64,000 bases of DNA from Bacillota bacterium (lineage in GTDB: Bacteria > Bacillota > Negativicutes > Sporomusales > CTSoil-080), in NCBI GenBank assembly GCA_017889625.1, contig JAGGAD010000013.1, forward strand, positions 9,842 to 73,841. The letters are read 5' to 3'. The position numbers were made by a program, and so were the translations under genes. A model generated the notes under the pieces. That model saw nothing but the letters and a program-made list of their open reading frames with translations, ran no database searches and was not told where the DNA came from. Shown piece by piece: positions 48,519 to 59,263 of this stretch (positions are counted from its first letter, which is position 1; every line of letters begins with the position of its first letter).

Positions 48519-48623
48519 AATTTTCGGTGTAATCACACACGCCTTCTAATTTCATCGTCTGTGCCAATAAAGGTTGCGATGAGAGATGCAGATGGCGGCG
48601 GTAAAAAACAGGAGGTGCTTATT

Positions 48624-49328
48624 TTGTCAGTTATTTCAATGAAACAACTTTTGGAAGCTGGTGTTCACTTTGGTCACCAGACCAGAAGATGGAATCCGAA
48701 GATGGCTCCATACATTTTTACGGAGCGTAATGGTATTTACATTATTGACCTGCAAAAAACAGTAAAAAAGGTTGAGGATGCGTACAACTTCATTCGCGAC
48801 GTTGCCGCTGAAGGCCAAACCATTCTTTTTGTAGGTACTAAGAAACAAGCTCATGATGCTGTTGCTGAAGAAGCAGCTCGTTGTGACATGTACTATGTTA
48901 ACGAACGTTGGCTAGGTGGCATGCTGACGAACTTCCCAACCATTCAGCGCCGGATTAATCGGTTACGTGAATTGGATGACATGGAAGCTCGTGGCATGTT
49001 TGAAGTATTGCCGAAAAAAGAAGTTATCACCTTGCGTCATGAAATGGAAAGATTGCAGAAGTTCTTAGGCGGCATCAAGAACATGAATAAGCTGCCAGGG
49101 GCACTGTTTATAATTGATCCTCGCAAAGAACGTATTGCTGTAGCTGAGGCTATAAAGCTTGGTATTCCAATTGTTGGAATTGTTGATACCAATTGCGATC
49201 CGGATGAAATTGACTATGTAATTCCGGGTAACGATGATGCAATTCGTGCAGTTAAGCTGTTAACTGCAAAAATGGCTGATGCAGTTATGGAAGGTCGTCA
49301 AGGCGAACAACTGGCTGCTAATGAGTAG
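48624..49328 (+). CDS. rpsB: 30S ribosomal protein S2
   Basis: 234 aa, (M)[28 protein letters not shown] aggagg lies 7 nt before TTG 48624. The ORF-track start at 48561 is leader read-through. Confidence 0.95.
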   Translation: MSVISMKQLLEAGVHFGHQTRRWNPKMAPYIFTERNGIYIIDLQKTVKKVEDAYNFIRDVAAEGQTILFVGTKKQAHDAVAEEAARCDMYYVNERWLGGMLTNFPTIQRRINRLRELDDMEARGMFEVLPKKEVITLRHEMERLQKFLGGIKNMNKLPGALFIIDPRKERIAVAEAIKLGIPIVGIVDTNCDPDEIDYVIPGNDDAIRAVKLLTAKMADAVMEGRQGEQLAANE

Positions 49329-49333
49329 AATGC

Positions 49334-49367
49334 TAAGGTAAGGGGCTTATCCCCTTACCTTACTTTT
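49334..49367 (+). terminator. Hairpin plus T-run between rpsB and tsf (partial terminator/attenuator)
   Basis: 12-bp stem taaggtaagggg / ccccttacctta with a 5-nt loop, followed by cttttaat. Confidence 0.65.
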
Positions 49368-49390
49368 AATAAAAGACGGGAGGATTACCG

Positions 49391-50041
49391 ATGATTACCG
49401 CTGATATGGTAAAAACACTGCGTGAACGGACTGGCGCAGGCATGATGGATTGCAAAAAGGCATTAACCGAGAACCAGGGAGACATGGAAAAATCCGTAGA
49501 TTTTCTCCGAGAAAAAGGTTTGGCAGCTGCGGCTAAAAGAGCTGGAAAAGTTGCTGCTGAGGGCGTTGTTGAGTCTTACATACATGGTGGTGGCCGAATC
49601 GGGGTACTCTTAGAATTGAACTGTGAAACCGATTTTGTTGCGAAAACAGATGACTTCAAAGCTTTGGCGCGTGATATTGCAATGCAAGTTGCGGCAGCGA
49701 ATCCTAGTTATGTACGTCGGGAAGAAGTACCGGCTGAGATTATTGAGCATGAAAAAGAAGTGCTCAAAGCGCAGGCTGTAAATGAAGGAAAACCTGCTAA
49801 TATTGCTGAAAAAATGGTCACAGGGCGTATTGATAAATATTATAAAGAAGTATGTTTGATGGAACAGGTTTACATTAAAGATACAGATAAAACAATCACT
49901 CAGCTTATTAATGAAAAAATTTCCAAAATTGGTGAAAAAATTTCGGTGCGGAGATTTACTCGCTATCAACTAGGCGAAGGCATTGAAAAGAAAAATGATG
50001 ATTTTGCTGCTGAAGTTATGGCTACCGTAAATAAAGCGTAG
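49391..50041 (+). CDS. tsf: Elongation factor Ts (short form)
   Basis: 216 aa. N-terminal UBA-like [20 protein letters not shown], plus [25 protein letters not shown]. Confidence 0.95.
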   Translation: MITADMVKTLRERTGAGMMDCKKALTENQGDMEKSVDFLREKGLAAAAKRAGKVAAEGVVESYIHGGGRIGVLLELNCETDFVAKTDDFKALARDIAMQVAAANPSYVRREEVPAEIIEHEKEVLKAQAVNEGKPANIAEKMVTGRIDKYYKEVCLMEQVYIKDTDKTITQLINEKISKIGEKISVRRFTRYQLGEGIEKKNDDFAAEVMATVNKA

Positions 50042-50057
50042 CTAATAAGGCTAGACT

Positions 50058-50089
50058 AAATAAGAGAACACTTTGTGTTCTCTTATTTT
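50058..50089 (+). terminator. Rho-independent terminator after tsf
   Basis: Stem aaataagagaacac / gtgttctcttattt with a 3-nt loop. The 3' arm continues as ttttc. Confidence 0.85.
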
Positions 50090-50113
50090 CTGAACTCTAG
50101 TAATGTTAAATAA

Positions 50114-51455
<1,342 letters not shown>

Positions 51456-51456
51456 G

Positions 51457-51660
51457 ATGGATGTAGTCGCTTGGCCACTAGAAGATGCCATTTTGGAATT
51501 TCAGCAAAAAGGCGCTCCGTATGTTATAGTGAAAACGAAACCGGATCGTTTAAAGTTCAGCATTGAGGAACACTTATTATATGTTGTGAGGCACAAAACT
51601 ACTGAAGATGGGCTTAATGTGCTTTTAGTTGCAGCAAAGATGGGTAAAGAGGCTGACTAA
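51457..51660 (+). CDS. Small hypothetical protein, translationally coupled to frr
   Basis: 67 aa, MDVVAWPLEDAILEFQQKGAPYVIVKTKPDR. The ATG lies 1 nt after the frr stop (taagatg). I do not recognise a family. Confidence 0.5.
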   Translation: MDVVAWPLEDAILEFQQKGAPYVIVKTKPDRLKFSIEEHLLYVVRHKTTEDGLNVLLVAAKMGKEAD

Positions 51661-51696
51661 TAGGTATTTTCAGGCGGATACAGTTTAGTACAATAC

Positions 51697-51722
51697 TGAA
51701 CCCCCTCGTGAGAGGGGGTTCA
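51697..51722 (+). promoter_or_regulatory. GC-rich stem-loop upstream of uppS (no clear U-tract)
   Basis: 11-bp stem tgaaccccctc / gagggggttca with loop gtga. It is followed by aaattaaac, so it is not a canonical intrinsic terminator. Confidence 0.5.
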
Positions 51723-51746
51723 AAATTAAACAGAGGAGTTATAACT

Positions 51747-52526
51747 GTGTGGGGAAAGTGGTTTACCAGCAATAATAAACGAAATACTAATTTTAATGAT
51801 AGCCAGCTTGAATCGAGCAGGATGCCAGGGCACGTTGCTATTATTATGGATGGTAATGGGCGGTGGGCGCAAAAACGCGGCTTACCTCGAACCTTTGGTC
51901 ATCGTGCCGGAGTAGAAGCTCTTAGAAATATCGTTAAAACAGCAACAACCATCGGCATCAAGGTATTGACGGTATACGCTTTTTCTACTGAAAATTGGAA
52001 ACGTCCAGCAGCTGAAGTTGAACTTCTGATGCGCTTATTTTCAGAATACCTTGATAGTGAGATTGATGAATTAGATAGCAAGGGTGTGCAAATCAGATTT
52101 ATCGGTGGTATTGATGAACTGTCAGAAAGCTTGCAAGCGAAAATAGTTTTGGCTACCGACCGCACTGCTAACAACAATAAATTAGTTCTAAACATTGCAG
52201 TTAATTATGGCGGTCGGGCGGAAGTGATTCGGGCAGTGCGAAAAATAACTCAACAAGTAATTGATGAAAAGCTGACAATAGCAGAAATTACGGAAAGTAG
52301 CATTAGTGAACATTTATACACTAATGATTTGCCAGATCCTGACTTGGTAATCAGGACGAGCGGCGATTTGAGATTAAGCAATTTTTTGTTGTGGCAGTCG
52401 GCGTACGCCGAATTATGGTTTACCGACAGCAATTGGCCTGATTTTAAGGCTGAACATTTGATAAAAGCCATTGCTGACTTTCAGAAACGTGATCGGCGTT
52501 TTGGTGGGCTAAAAAATCCAAAGTAG
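51747..52526 (+). CDS. uppS: Undecaprenyl diphosphate synthase
   Basis: 259 aa. Motifs HVAIIMDGNGRWA, TVYAFSTENWKRP, IRTSGDLRLSNFLLWQ. SD agaggag precedes GTG 51747. The ORF-track start at 51708 lies inside the hairpin. Confidence 0.93.
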   Translation: MWGKWFTSNNKRNTNFNDSQLESSRMPGHVAIIMDGNGRWAQKRGLPRTFGHRAGVEALRNIVKTATTIGIKVLTVYAFSTENWKRPAAEVELLMRLFSEYLDSEIDELDSKGVQIRFIGGIDELSESLQAKIVLATDRTANNNKLVLNIAVNYGGRAEVIRAVRKITQQVIDEKLTIAEITESSISEHLYTNDLPDPDLVIRTSGDLRLSNFLLWQSAYAELWFTDSNWPDFKAEHLIKAIADFQKRDRRFGGLKNPK

Positions 52527-52535
52527 GTGTTCAAC

Positions 52536-53363
52536 ATGTTGGGGAAGCGAATTATTACCGCAATCATCGGTGCTTTAGCCACAGTCTTTTTAGTGCATTA
52601 TGGTCAGAGTGTATTTGCGCTAGCGGCGCTTATTTTTACGCTACTGGCCTGGCGTGAATTTTGTAATATGATGAGTAATTCAGAAATAAACGGAGCCCGG
52701 CTTCTTGGTGCTATTGCAATTATACTTATTTGGGGTACGGCTTGGCTGGGTAACTTTCAGGAAACTATTGCGGTATTAGTTGTTGCCACATTTATTATAA
52801 TGGCAAAAGTGATATTGACCAATGCCAGTTTTACGCTTCGTGACGCAATTTATACTATTTTTGGAATAGTTTACATTGGTTTGAGTTTTGCCCACTTGGT
52901 CCTGTTAAGATTTACTGATTGCTCATTTGAAATAAAGACGGCGATGGGATTACTTCAAAGCGGAGAAGTATTTTTTTGGGTAGCGATTATTGGAACCTGG
53001 GCTTCAGACACCTTCGCTTTTTTTGTAGGATCGTGGCTAGGAAAACATAAACTTGCACCATTAATCAGTCCAGGAAAAACCTGGGAAGGGTTGGCTGGCG
53101 GGGTCGCAGGCAGTATAATTGCTGTGATAGTGATTGGGAATTTATGTAATCTAAATTTATATAATAGTGCGTGTGCTGGTCTATTAATCGGAATTGTCGC
53201 ACCGCTGGGAGATTTGATTGAGTCTGCGATAAAACGATCAGCCGGGGTAAAAGATTCAAGTAACCTCCTGCCTGGGCATGGCGGCATCCTTGATCGATTT
53301 GACAGCATAATGTTCACAGTACCAATAGTTTATTATTACATAATTACTTTTGGTATAAGCTAA
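52536..53363 (+). CDS. cdsA: Phosphatidate cytidylyltransferase
   Basis: About 275 aa polytopic protein. Signature GDLIESAIKRSAGVKDSSNLLPGHGGILDRFDS. GTG 52527 is an alternative start. Confidence 0.92.
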   Translation: MLGKRIITAIIGALATVFLVHYGQSVFALAALIFTLLAWREFCNMMSNSEINGARLLGAIAIILIWGTAWLGNFQETIAVLVVATFIIMAKVILTNASFTLRDAIYTIFGIVYIGLSFAHLVLLRFTDCSFEIKTAMGLLQSGEVFFWVAIIGTWASDTFAFFVGSWLGKHKLAPLISPGKTWEGLAGGVAGSIIAVIVIGNLCNLNLYNSACAGLLIGIVAPLGDLIESAIKRSAGVKDSSNLLPGHGGILDRFDSIMFTVPIVYYYIITFGIS

Positions 53364-53387
53364 ATTATCTACTGAAAGGGGCTTACT

Positions 53388-54545
53388 ATGCTAAAACGCT
53401 TGGCCGTTTTAGGCTGTACTGGATCTATTGGCACTCAAACGCTGGAAGTAGTTGCCGCACATCGTGATAAATTGGAAGTAACTGCTCTAGCCGCGTATAA
53501 AAATGACACATTGTTAGAAACCCAAATTGAACGATTTCAGCCAGAAATAGCTGTTCTTGTTGATACCCAAGCCGCAGACCGGTTACGAAACCGTTACCGG
53601 GGGCGCACCAAAATTTTGGCGGGAGAAGATGGACTTTTAGCTGCGGCAACAACTAGCCATGTGGACATTGTAGTAACCGCAATGGTAGGATTTGCTGGGT
53701 TAAAACCTACCATTGCCGCCATTGAGGCTGGGAAAAATATCGCACTGGCAAATAAAGAAACACTGGTTGCAGCAGGCGAAATTGTTACGAAACTGGCTAA
53801 AGCTAAAGGGGTTGACCTGTTACCAGTCGATAGCGAACATAGTGCGATATGGCAGTGTTTAGTAGGACACAACCGAGAAAACCTATCTAAAATAATTCTT
53901 ACTGCTTCAGGCGGTCCGTTTCGTGGATATAGTTATGAAAAACTTCAAAGTGTCACTATTGAATCATGCTTAAAGCATCCTACCTGGTCAATGGGCAGAA
54001 AAATAACCGTAGATTCGGCCACCTTAGCCAACAAAGGTCTTGAAGTCATTGAAGCAAAGTGGTTGTTTGATGTGACTTATGACCAAATTGAAGTAGTCGT
54101 ACATCCACAAAGTATCATACATTCAATGATCGAATTTATAGATGGCGCAGTATTGGCTCAATTGGGCATACCTGACATGCGCGTTCCAATCCAATACGCA
54201 TTAAGTTACCCCGGACGTCTGGCGGCCAGTAATAAACACCTTAACTTTAGTGACATGGGATCCTTGACATTTTTTCCGCCGGATACGCAAGCTTTTTCTG
54301 CGCTTGCTATTGCTTTTGAAGCAGGACGCATTGGCGGTACGATGCCATGTGTATTTAATGCGGCTAATGAAATTGCAGTAAATGCATTTTTGGCTAAGCG
54401 CCTGACGTTTACCGAAATTACAACCTTAATCCGATATACTATGCATAATCATCAAGTAACCGTCAATCCGAACCTTAAAAATATAATTGATTCTGATAGT
54501 TGGGCTAGGCAGTTCGCAACACAGGTAATCGAACAACAAAAATAA
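53388..54545 (+). CDS. dxr: 1-deoxy-D-xylulose 5-phosphate reductoisomerase
   Basis: 385 aa. Motifs LGCTGSIGTQTL, LANKETLV, PVDSEHSAIWQC, TASGGPF. Confidence 0.95.
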   Translation: MLKRLAVLGCTGSIGTQTLEVVAAHRDKLEVTALAAYKNDTLLETQIERFQPEIAVLVDTQAADRLRNRYRGRTKILAGEDGLLAAATTSHVDIVVTAMVGFAGLKPTIAAIEAGKNIALANKETLVAAGEIVTKLAKAKGVDLLPVDSEHSAIWQCLVGHNRENLSKIILTASGGPFRGYSYEKLQSVTIESCLKHPTWSMGRKITVDSATLANKGLEVIEAKWLFDVTYDQIEVVVHPQSIIHSMIEFIDGAVLAQLGIPDMRVPIQYALSYPGRLAASNKHLNFSDMGSLTFFPPDTQAFSALAIAFEAGRIGGTMPCVFNAANEIAVNAFLAKRLTFTEITTLIRYTMHNHQVTVNPNLKNIIDSDSWARQFATQVIEQQK

Positions 54546-54567
54546 TTTAGAAGCAGGAGGGAAAACC

Positions 54568-55602
54568 TTGCTGATAACCGTCATTGCTACCATATTTGTG
54601 ATTGGTCTATTGGTGTTTTTTCACGAGTTCGGCCATTTTGCTACCGCTAAAGCCACTGGAATGGGTGTGCATGAATTTGCAATTGGGTTTGGACCAAAGC
54701 TTATAAGCAAGAAATATGGCGATACAGTTTATTCGTTACGCATCATTCCATTAGGCGGGTTCAATAAAATTGCCGGGATGGATCCGGATGAAGAGCAGGA
54801 TGATAAGTCTTTTAACTCTAAGCCCATTTGGGCAAGAATGGTAGTAATTTTTGCGGGCTCGTTTATGAATTTTGTTTTGCCAGTACTACTAATTCTACTA
54901 GTGATTAGTATTAGCGGCATTGACACACCCTCGGATCAGGCGGTAATTGGAACTGCAATTGCTGGTCAACCGGCGGCGAATTCTGGGCTAATGAGTGGAG
55001 ACCGTATTCTTGAAGTCAATGGTACTAAAATTCAAACATGGACAGAAATGGTTAAAACAATCAGAACAAATGATGATGCACCACTAGTCATTAACTATGA
55101 GCGTGGCGGTCAATATGGTACTGCCACTATTGTGCCAGAATATAACCAGAATACAAATTATCGAGTCATTGGTGTCGTGCCGATTATCAATAACTATCAG
55201 CCGGGGCCAATCGAAGCAATAGGCTTGGCGATAAAACAAACGTATCTGTGGGCCGCAGCCATTTTAGAAGGGTTGCGGGACATGTTTATTGGCAGAGCTC
55301 CCGCTGAAGTAGCAGGTCCGATAGGGGTTGCAAAAATTGTTGGTGAAGTAGCTCAGATGGGAATACTGCCTCTGCTTAAAATAGCAGCTTTTCTAAGTAT
55401 AAATATTGGTCTGCTTAATCTATTACCGGTTCCGGCCCTAGATGGCGGGCACATCGTAACTTTAGCAGTAGAAGCAGTACGACGTAAACCGTTAAGTCCG
55501 GAAAAACTCCAGTTCGTCCAAATGATTGGTTTAGCACTATTAGTAATGCTATTTATATTTGCTACGTTTAAAGACGTTACGCGAATATTTATGGGTAAAT
55601 AA
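54568..55602 (+). CDS. rseP: Site-2 (M50) intramembrane zinc metalloprotease RseP/RasP
   Basis: 344 aa. Motif HEFGHF, a single PDZ domain (AANSGLMSGDRILEVNG), and NLLPVPALDGGH. Confidence 0.92.
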   Translation: MLITVIATIFVIGLLVFFHEFGHFATAKATGMGVHEFAIGFGPKLISKKYGDTVYSLRIIPLGGFNKIAGMDPDEEQDDKSFNSKPIWARMVVIFAGSFMNFVLPVLLILLVISISGIDTPSDQAVIGTAIAGQPAANSGLMSGDRILEVNGTKIQTWTEMVKTIRTNDDAPLVINYERGGQYGTATIVPEYNQNTNYRVIGVVPIINNYQPGPIEAIGLAIKQTYLWAAAILEGLRDMFIGRAPAEVAGPIGVAKIVGEVAQMGILPLLKIAAFLSINIGLLNLLPVPALDGGHIVTLAVEAVRRKPLSPEKLQFVQMIGLALLVMLFIFATFKDVTRIFMGK

Positions 55603-55623
55603 AATACTTGGTGAGTGATTTTT

Positions 55624-56691
55624 GTGAATCGTAAATTTACTAGACAAGTAAAAATAGGTAAAATTATTGTTGGCGGTGAAGCGCCAATCTCAGTGCAATC
55701 AATGACCAACACTAAGACCACCGACATACCGGCAACTGTCAGTCAAATAAAGCAACTGACAGCTGCTGGCTGTGATATTGTACGCTTAGCTGTGCCCGAT
55801 AACGAGGCGGCGCTAAGTTTAGGCGCAATAAAAACAGCAGTGGGAGATGTTCCATTGGTGGCCGACATTCATTTTGATTATCGCTTGGCGTTGACAGCCA
55901 TCGAGCAAGGGCTTGATGCACTGAGAATTAATCCTGGTAATCTTGGTGATCGGGACCAAGTAACTAAAGTAGTTAAAGCTGCACGGTCTAAGGGGGTTCC
56001 TATTCGCATCGGTGTTAATGCTGGTTCAATCGATAAGGCATTACTTGCGAGATTTGGTGGCAATATAACCGCTGAGGCTATGGTTGAAAGTGCCAGAGGA
56101 CATATTAGCATCCTTGAAGATTTAGACTTTAATGATATAAAAATATCGCTTAAGGCGCATGATGTTCCGTTGACGATTAAAGCATACCGACTTATGTCAG
56201 AAGCCACCCGATACCCGCTTCATTTGGGCATAACTGAGGCGGGAACTGTTAACTCAGGAATTATAAAATCTGCGGTGGGAATTGGAGCATTACTAGCAGA
56301 AGGCATCGGAGATACCATCAGAGTTTCTCTTACTGGCGACCCGGTTGAAGAAGTGCGGGTCGCCAATGAAATTTTAAAAGCATTAGGCCTTCGAAATTAC
56401 GGACCAACATTGGTGTCTTGCCCGACGTGTGGCCGTTGTAATATCGATCTCGTGGGAATTGCCACTGCTGTTGAAGATAAGCTAAAAGCTATTACCAGAC
56501 CCATAACCGTAGCTGTTATGGGATGTGTGGTTAATGGACCCGGTGAAGCTAAAGAAGCGGATGTTGGTATTGCCGGAGGAAAAGGACAAGGAATTTTATT
56601 TAGAAAAGGCGAAGTAATAAAAAAGGTTACTGAAGATCAATTAGTAAACGCATTGTTTGAAGAAATCGAGAGGCTAATTAAGGAGGAATAG
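55624..56691 (+). CDS. ispG: 4-hydroxy-3-methylbut-2-enyl diphosphate synthase
   Basis: About 355 aa. Motifs [29 protein letters not shown], and the Fe-S cysteines CPTCGRC...GCVVNGPGE. Confidence 0.93.
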   Translation: MNRKFTRQVKIGKIIVGGEAPISVQSMTNTKTTDIPATVSQIKQLTAAGCDIVRLAVPDNEAALSLGAIKTAVGDVPLVADIHFDYRLALTAIEQGLDALRINPGNLGDRDQVTKVVKAARSKGVPIRIGVNAGSIDKALLARFGGNITAEAMVESARGHISILEDLDFNDIKISLKAHDVPLTIKAYRLMSEATRYPLHLGITEAGTVNSGIIKSAVGIGALLAEGIGDTIRVSLTGDPVEEVRVANEILKALGLRNYGPTLVSCPTCGRCNIDLVGIATAVEDKLKAITRPITVAVMGCVVNGPGEAKEADVGIAGGKGQGILFRKGEVIKKVTEDQLVNALFEEIERLIKEE

Positions 56692-56692
56692 T

Positions 56693-58396
56693 ATGCGTGC
56701 TTCACAACTATATGCACCTACACTGAGGGAAACACCGGCTGAAGCCGAAGTAATAAGTCACCAATTAATGCTCAGGGCTGGTTTTATTCGCAAAGCAGCG
56801 GGGGGAATGTATACATATTTGCCGCTGGCTTGGCGAGTGTTAAGGAAAATTGAAACTATTGTCAGAGAAGAGATGGATGCCAAAGGCGGCCAGGAATTGG
56901 CCATGCCAGTTATTCAACCGGCGGAGATTTGGCAAGAGTCCGGGCGTTGGGATGTTTATGGCGATGAAATGTTTCGGTTAAAAGATCGGCATAACCGTAA
57001 CTTTTGCTTAGGCCCAACCCACGAAGAAATGATTACCACAGTAGTGAGAAGCGATGTTCGTTCGTATCGCCAATTACCCTTGATGCTCTATCAGATTCAG
57101 AATAAATATCGTGATGAAATTCGTCCGCGCTTTGGCCTGATGCGAGGCCGAGAGTTTATTATGAAAGACTTGTATTCCTTTGACCGCGATGAACAAGGCT
57201 TGGATGAAAGCTATAGCAAGATGTATGATGCTTATACCAAAATTTTCACTAGATGTGGACTGGAATTTCGTCCGGTTGAAGCAGATTCAGGTGCGATTGG
57301 TGGCAGTGGCAGTCATGAGTTTATGGTGCTTGCTGATTCGGGTGAAGCTGCTATTGTATATTGTCAGAAGTGCAATTATGCTGCCAACGTTGAAAAAGCG
57401 GAAATGCATCCAATTGTTGCGCCAGATGAAGAACCTTTGCCATTAGAAGAAAGGTCTACCCCGGGGACCAAATCGATTGAAGCAGTTTGTAAATTATTAA
57501 AGATCAGTGCGGATAAAACTATCAAGACCTTGGCTTATCAGACCGAAAAAAAATTAGTATTGGCTTTGGTGCGTGGGGATCATGAAGTCAATGAAATCAA
57601 ATTACAAAATGAATTGAATTGCATTAACTTGGCCTTGGCAAACGAAATTGACGTACAGAACTTGACTGGTGCTGTTCCAGGATTTATTGGTCCAATTGGC
57701 GTAAAAGATGTTATTATTGTGGCGGATGCTACCGTAATGAATATGCATAATTCTGTTGCCGGGGCCAACAAGACCGATTATCATTATATTAATGTTAATC
57801 CTGGTCGCGATTTTAAACCTGCAATAGTTGCGGATATACGGATGATAAAAGAAAGTGATCCGTGCCCGCACTGTGGTGCACCAGTAAATACGGCTAGGGG
57901 CATTGAGGCAGGACAAGTCTTTAAGCTTTATACCAAATATTCCAAGGCACTCAAAGCAACTTTCCTTGACGAAAACGGCAAAGAAAAACTAATGGTTATG
58001 GGCTGCTATGGGGTTGGGGTAAGCCGGACAATGGCAGCAGCCATTGAACAAAATAATGATGAACATGGTATTATCTGGCCGGTAGCCATTGCCCCGTACC
58101 ATGCAGTTATTGTTCCGGTAAACGTCAAAGATATTGCGCAAATGGAACTTGCCGAAAAAATTTATACTGAACTTAATAAATCGGGAGTTGACGCGGTACT
58201 TGATGATCGACCTGAACGGGCCGGGGTAAAATTTAAAGATGCTGACTTGATTGGCTATCCGCTGAAAATTACTTTGGGACCAAAAGCGCTAAATGAAAAT
58301 CTTATTGAAGTCAAAGTACGTAAAAATGGTGAAATTTTCTTCTTTGCCCCTGAAAACTTTGTGACTGAAATCAAAACACTACTAAAAAAACTGTAG
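56693..58396 (+). CDS. proS: Prolyl-tRNA synthetase (bacterial type with editing insertion)
   Basis: 567 aa. Motifs [30 protein letters not shown], and GCYGVGVSR. The ATG lies 1 nt after the ispG stop, leaving no room for a T-box leader. Confidence 0.95.
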   Translation: MRASQLYAPTLRETPAEAEVISHQLMLRAGFIRKAAGGMYTYLPLAWRVLRKIETIVREEMDAKGGQELAMPVIQPAEIWQESGRWDVYGDEMFRLKDRHNRNFCLGPTHEEMITTVVRSDVRSYRQLPLMLYQIQNKYRDEIRPRFGLMRGREFIMKDLYSFDRDEQGLDESYSKMYDAYTKIFTRCGLEFRPVEADSGAIGGSGSHEFMVLADSGEAAIVYCQKCNYAANVEKAEMHPIVAPDEEPLPLEERSTPGTKSIEAVCKLLKISADKTIKTLAYQTEKKLVLALVRGDHEVNEIKLQNELNCINLALANEIDVQNLTGAVPGFIGPIGVKDVIIVADATVMNMHNSVAGANKTDYHYINVNPGRDFKPAIVADIRMIKESDPCPHCGAPVNTARGIEAGQVFKLYTKYSKALKATFLDENGKEKLMVMGCYGVGVSRTMAAAIEQNNDEHGIIWPVAIAPYHAVIVPVNVKDIAQMELAEKIYTELNKSGVDAVLDDRPERAGVKFKDADLIGYPLKITLGPKALNENLIEVKVRKNGEIFFFAPENFVTEIKTLLKKL

Positions 58397-58445
58397 AGAT
58401 TTTTTAGCACCATTTATGCTCTGGTTAGATTTGATTAAAAAAGCG

Positions 58446-58483
58446 AAAAAGCTGCCGACATCATTAATGTTGCAGCTTTTTTT
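58446..58483 (+). terminator. Rho-independent terminator after proS
   Basis: Stem aaaaagctgc (58446-58455) / gcagcttttt (58472-58481), running into a T7 tract (58477-58483). Confidence 0.8.
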
Positions 58484-58546
58484 CTCCTGAAAGTGCTATT
58501 TCTAGTCTGAATAGTAGATACTCCCGTAACCTAAGGGGGATATAGC

Positions 58547-59215
58547 GTGGAAATCGGTGAACTTGATATAGTATTACGGTTGATGCTAGCAGCAATTCTT
58601 GGCGGCCTCATCGGGCTTGAACGGGAAAGCCTTGAACGACCGGCCGGATTACGAACTCATATTCTGGTTTGCGTGGGCTCTTGTCTTATTATGCTGGTAT
58701 CTATGTTTGCTTTCAATACAGGCTTTGATGGACCGAAAGACCCCGGTCGAATTGCGGCTCAGGTAATAAGTGGTATTGGTTTTTTAGGTGCCGGTACGAT
58801 AATACGTGAAGGGGTGAACGTGCGGGGGCTGACCACGGCTGCAAGTCTGTGGGTAGTGGCTGGTATTGGTTTGGCAGTGGGCGGAGGAATGTTTTTTGCG
58901 GCAGCATTGACTACAGCCATCGTATTTCTTGCCTTAGTATTTTTTGGGTATCTTGAACGCCACTATCTTATTAACAAAAATACCCAGCGATTTAAAATGT
59001 GCATTGCCGATAAACCGGGAACAATGGGGCAAATTGCCTCGTTTTTCGGTGAGCGGGGTATAAGCATTCGTAATATTACCATGCACCAAGGCAGCAAAAG
59101 TAATAAAATAGATGTAGAATTTGTACTAAAATTAACTAACGCATTGGATGCTACGGGAGTTATTCAATTATTAGACGAAGTACCTGAAGTATATTCCATA
59201 GAACAAATAAACTAA
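58547..59215 (+). CDS. mgtC: MgtC/SapB family membrane protein with ACT-like C-terminal domain
   Basis: 222 aa. Motifs LIGLERESLERPAGLRTHILVCVGS and QVISGIGFLGAGTI. SD aaggggga precedes GTG 58547. Confidence 0.85.
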   Translation: MEIGELDIVLRLMLAAILGGLIGLERESLERPAGLRTHILVCVGSCLIMLVSMFAFNTGFDGPKDPGRIAAQVISGIGFLGAGTIIREGVNVRGLTTAASLWVVAGIGLAVGGGMFFAAALTTAIVFLALVFFGYLERHYLINKNTQRFKMCIADKPGTMGQIASFFGERGISIRNITMHQGSKSNKIDVEFVLKLTNALDATGVIQLLDEVPEVYSIEQIN

Positions 59216-59263
59216 ATAATATTCGTGTTAGTAGACAGGTTTGTAGTCAAGGAGAGGATAACG

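Noticed and set aside
58397-58546. Mg2+ (M-box) riboswitch upstream of mgtC
   Set aside because: The gap is only about 150 nt and is largely occupied by the proS terminator. I could not see the conserved M-box core helices or sequence blocks.
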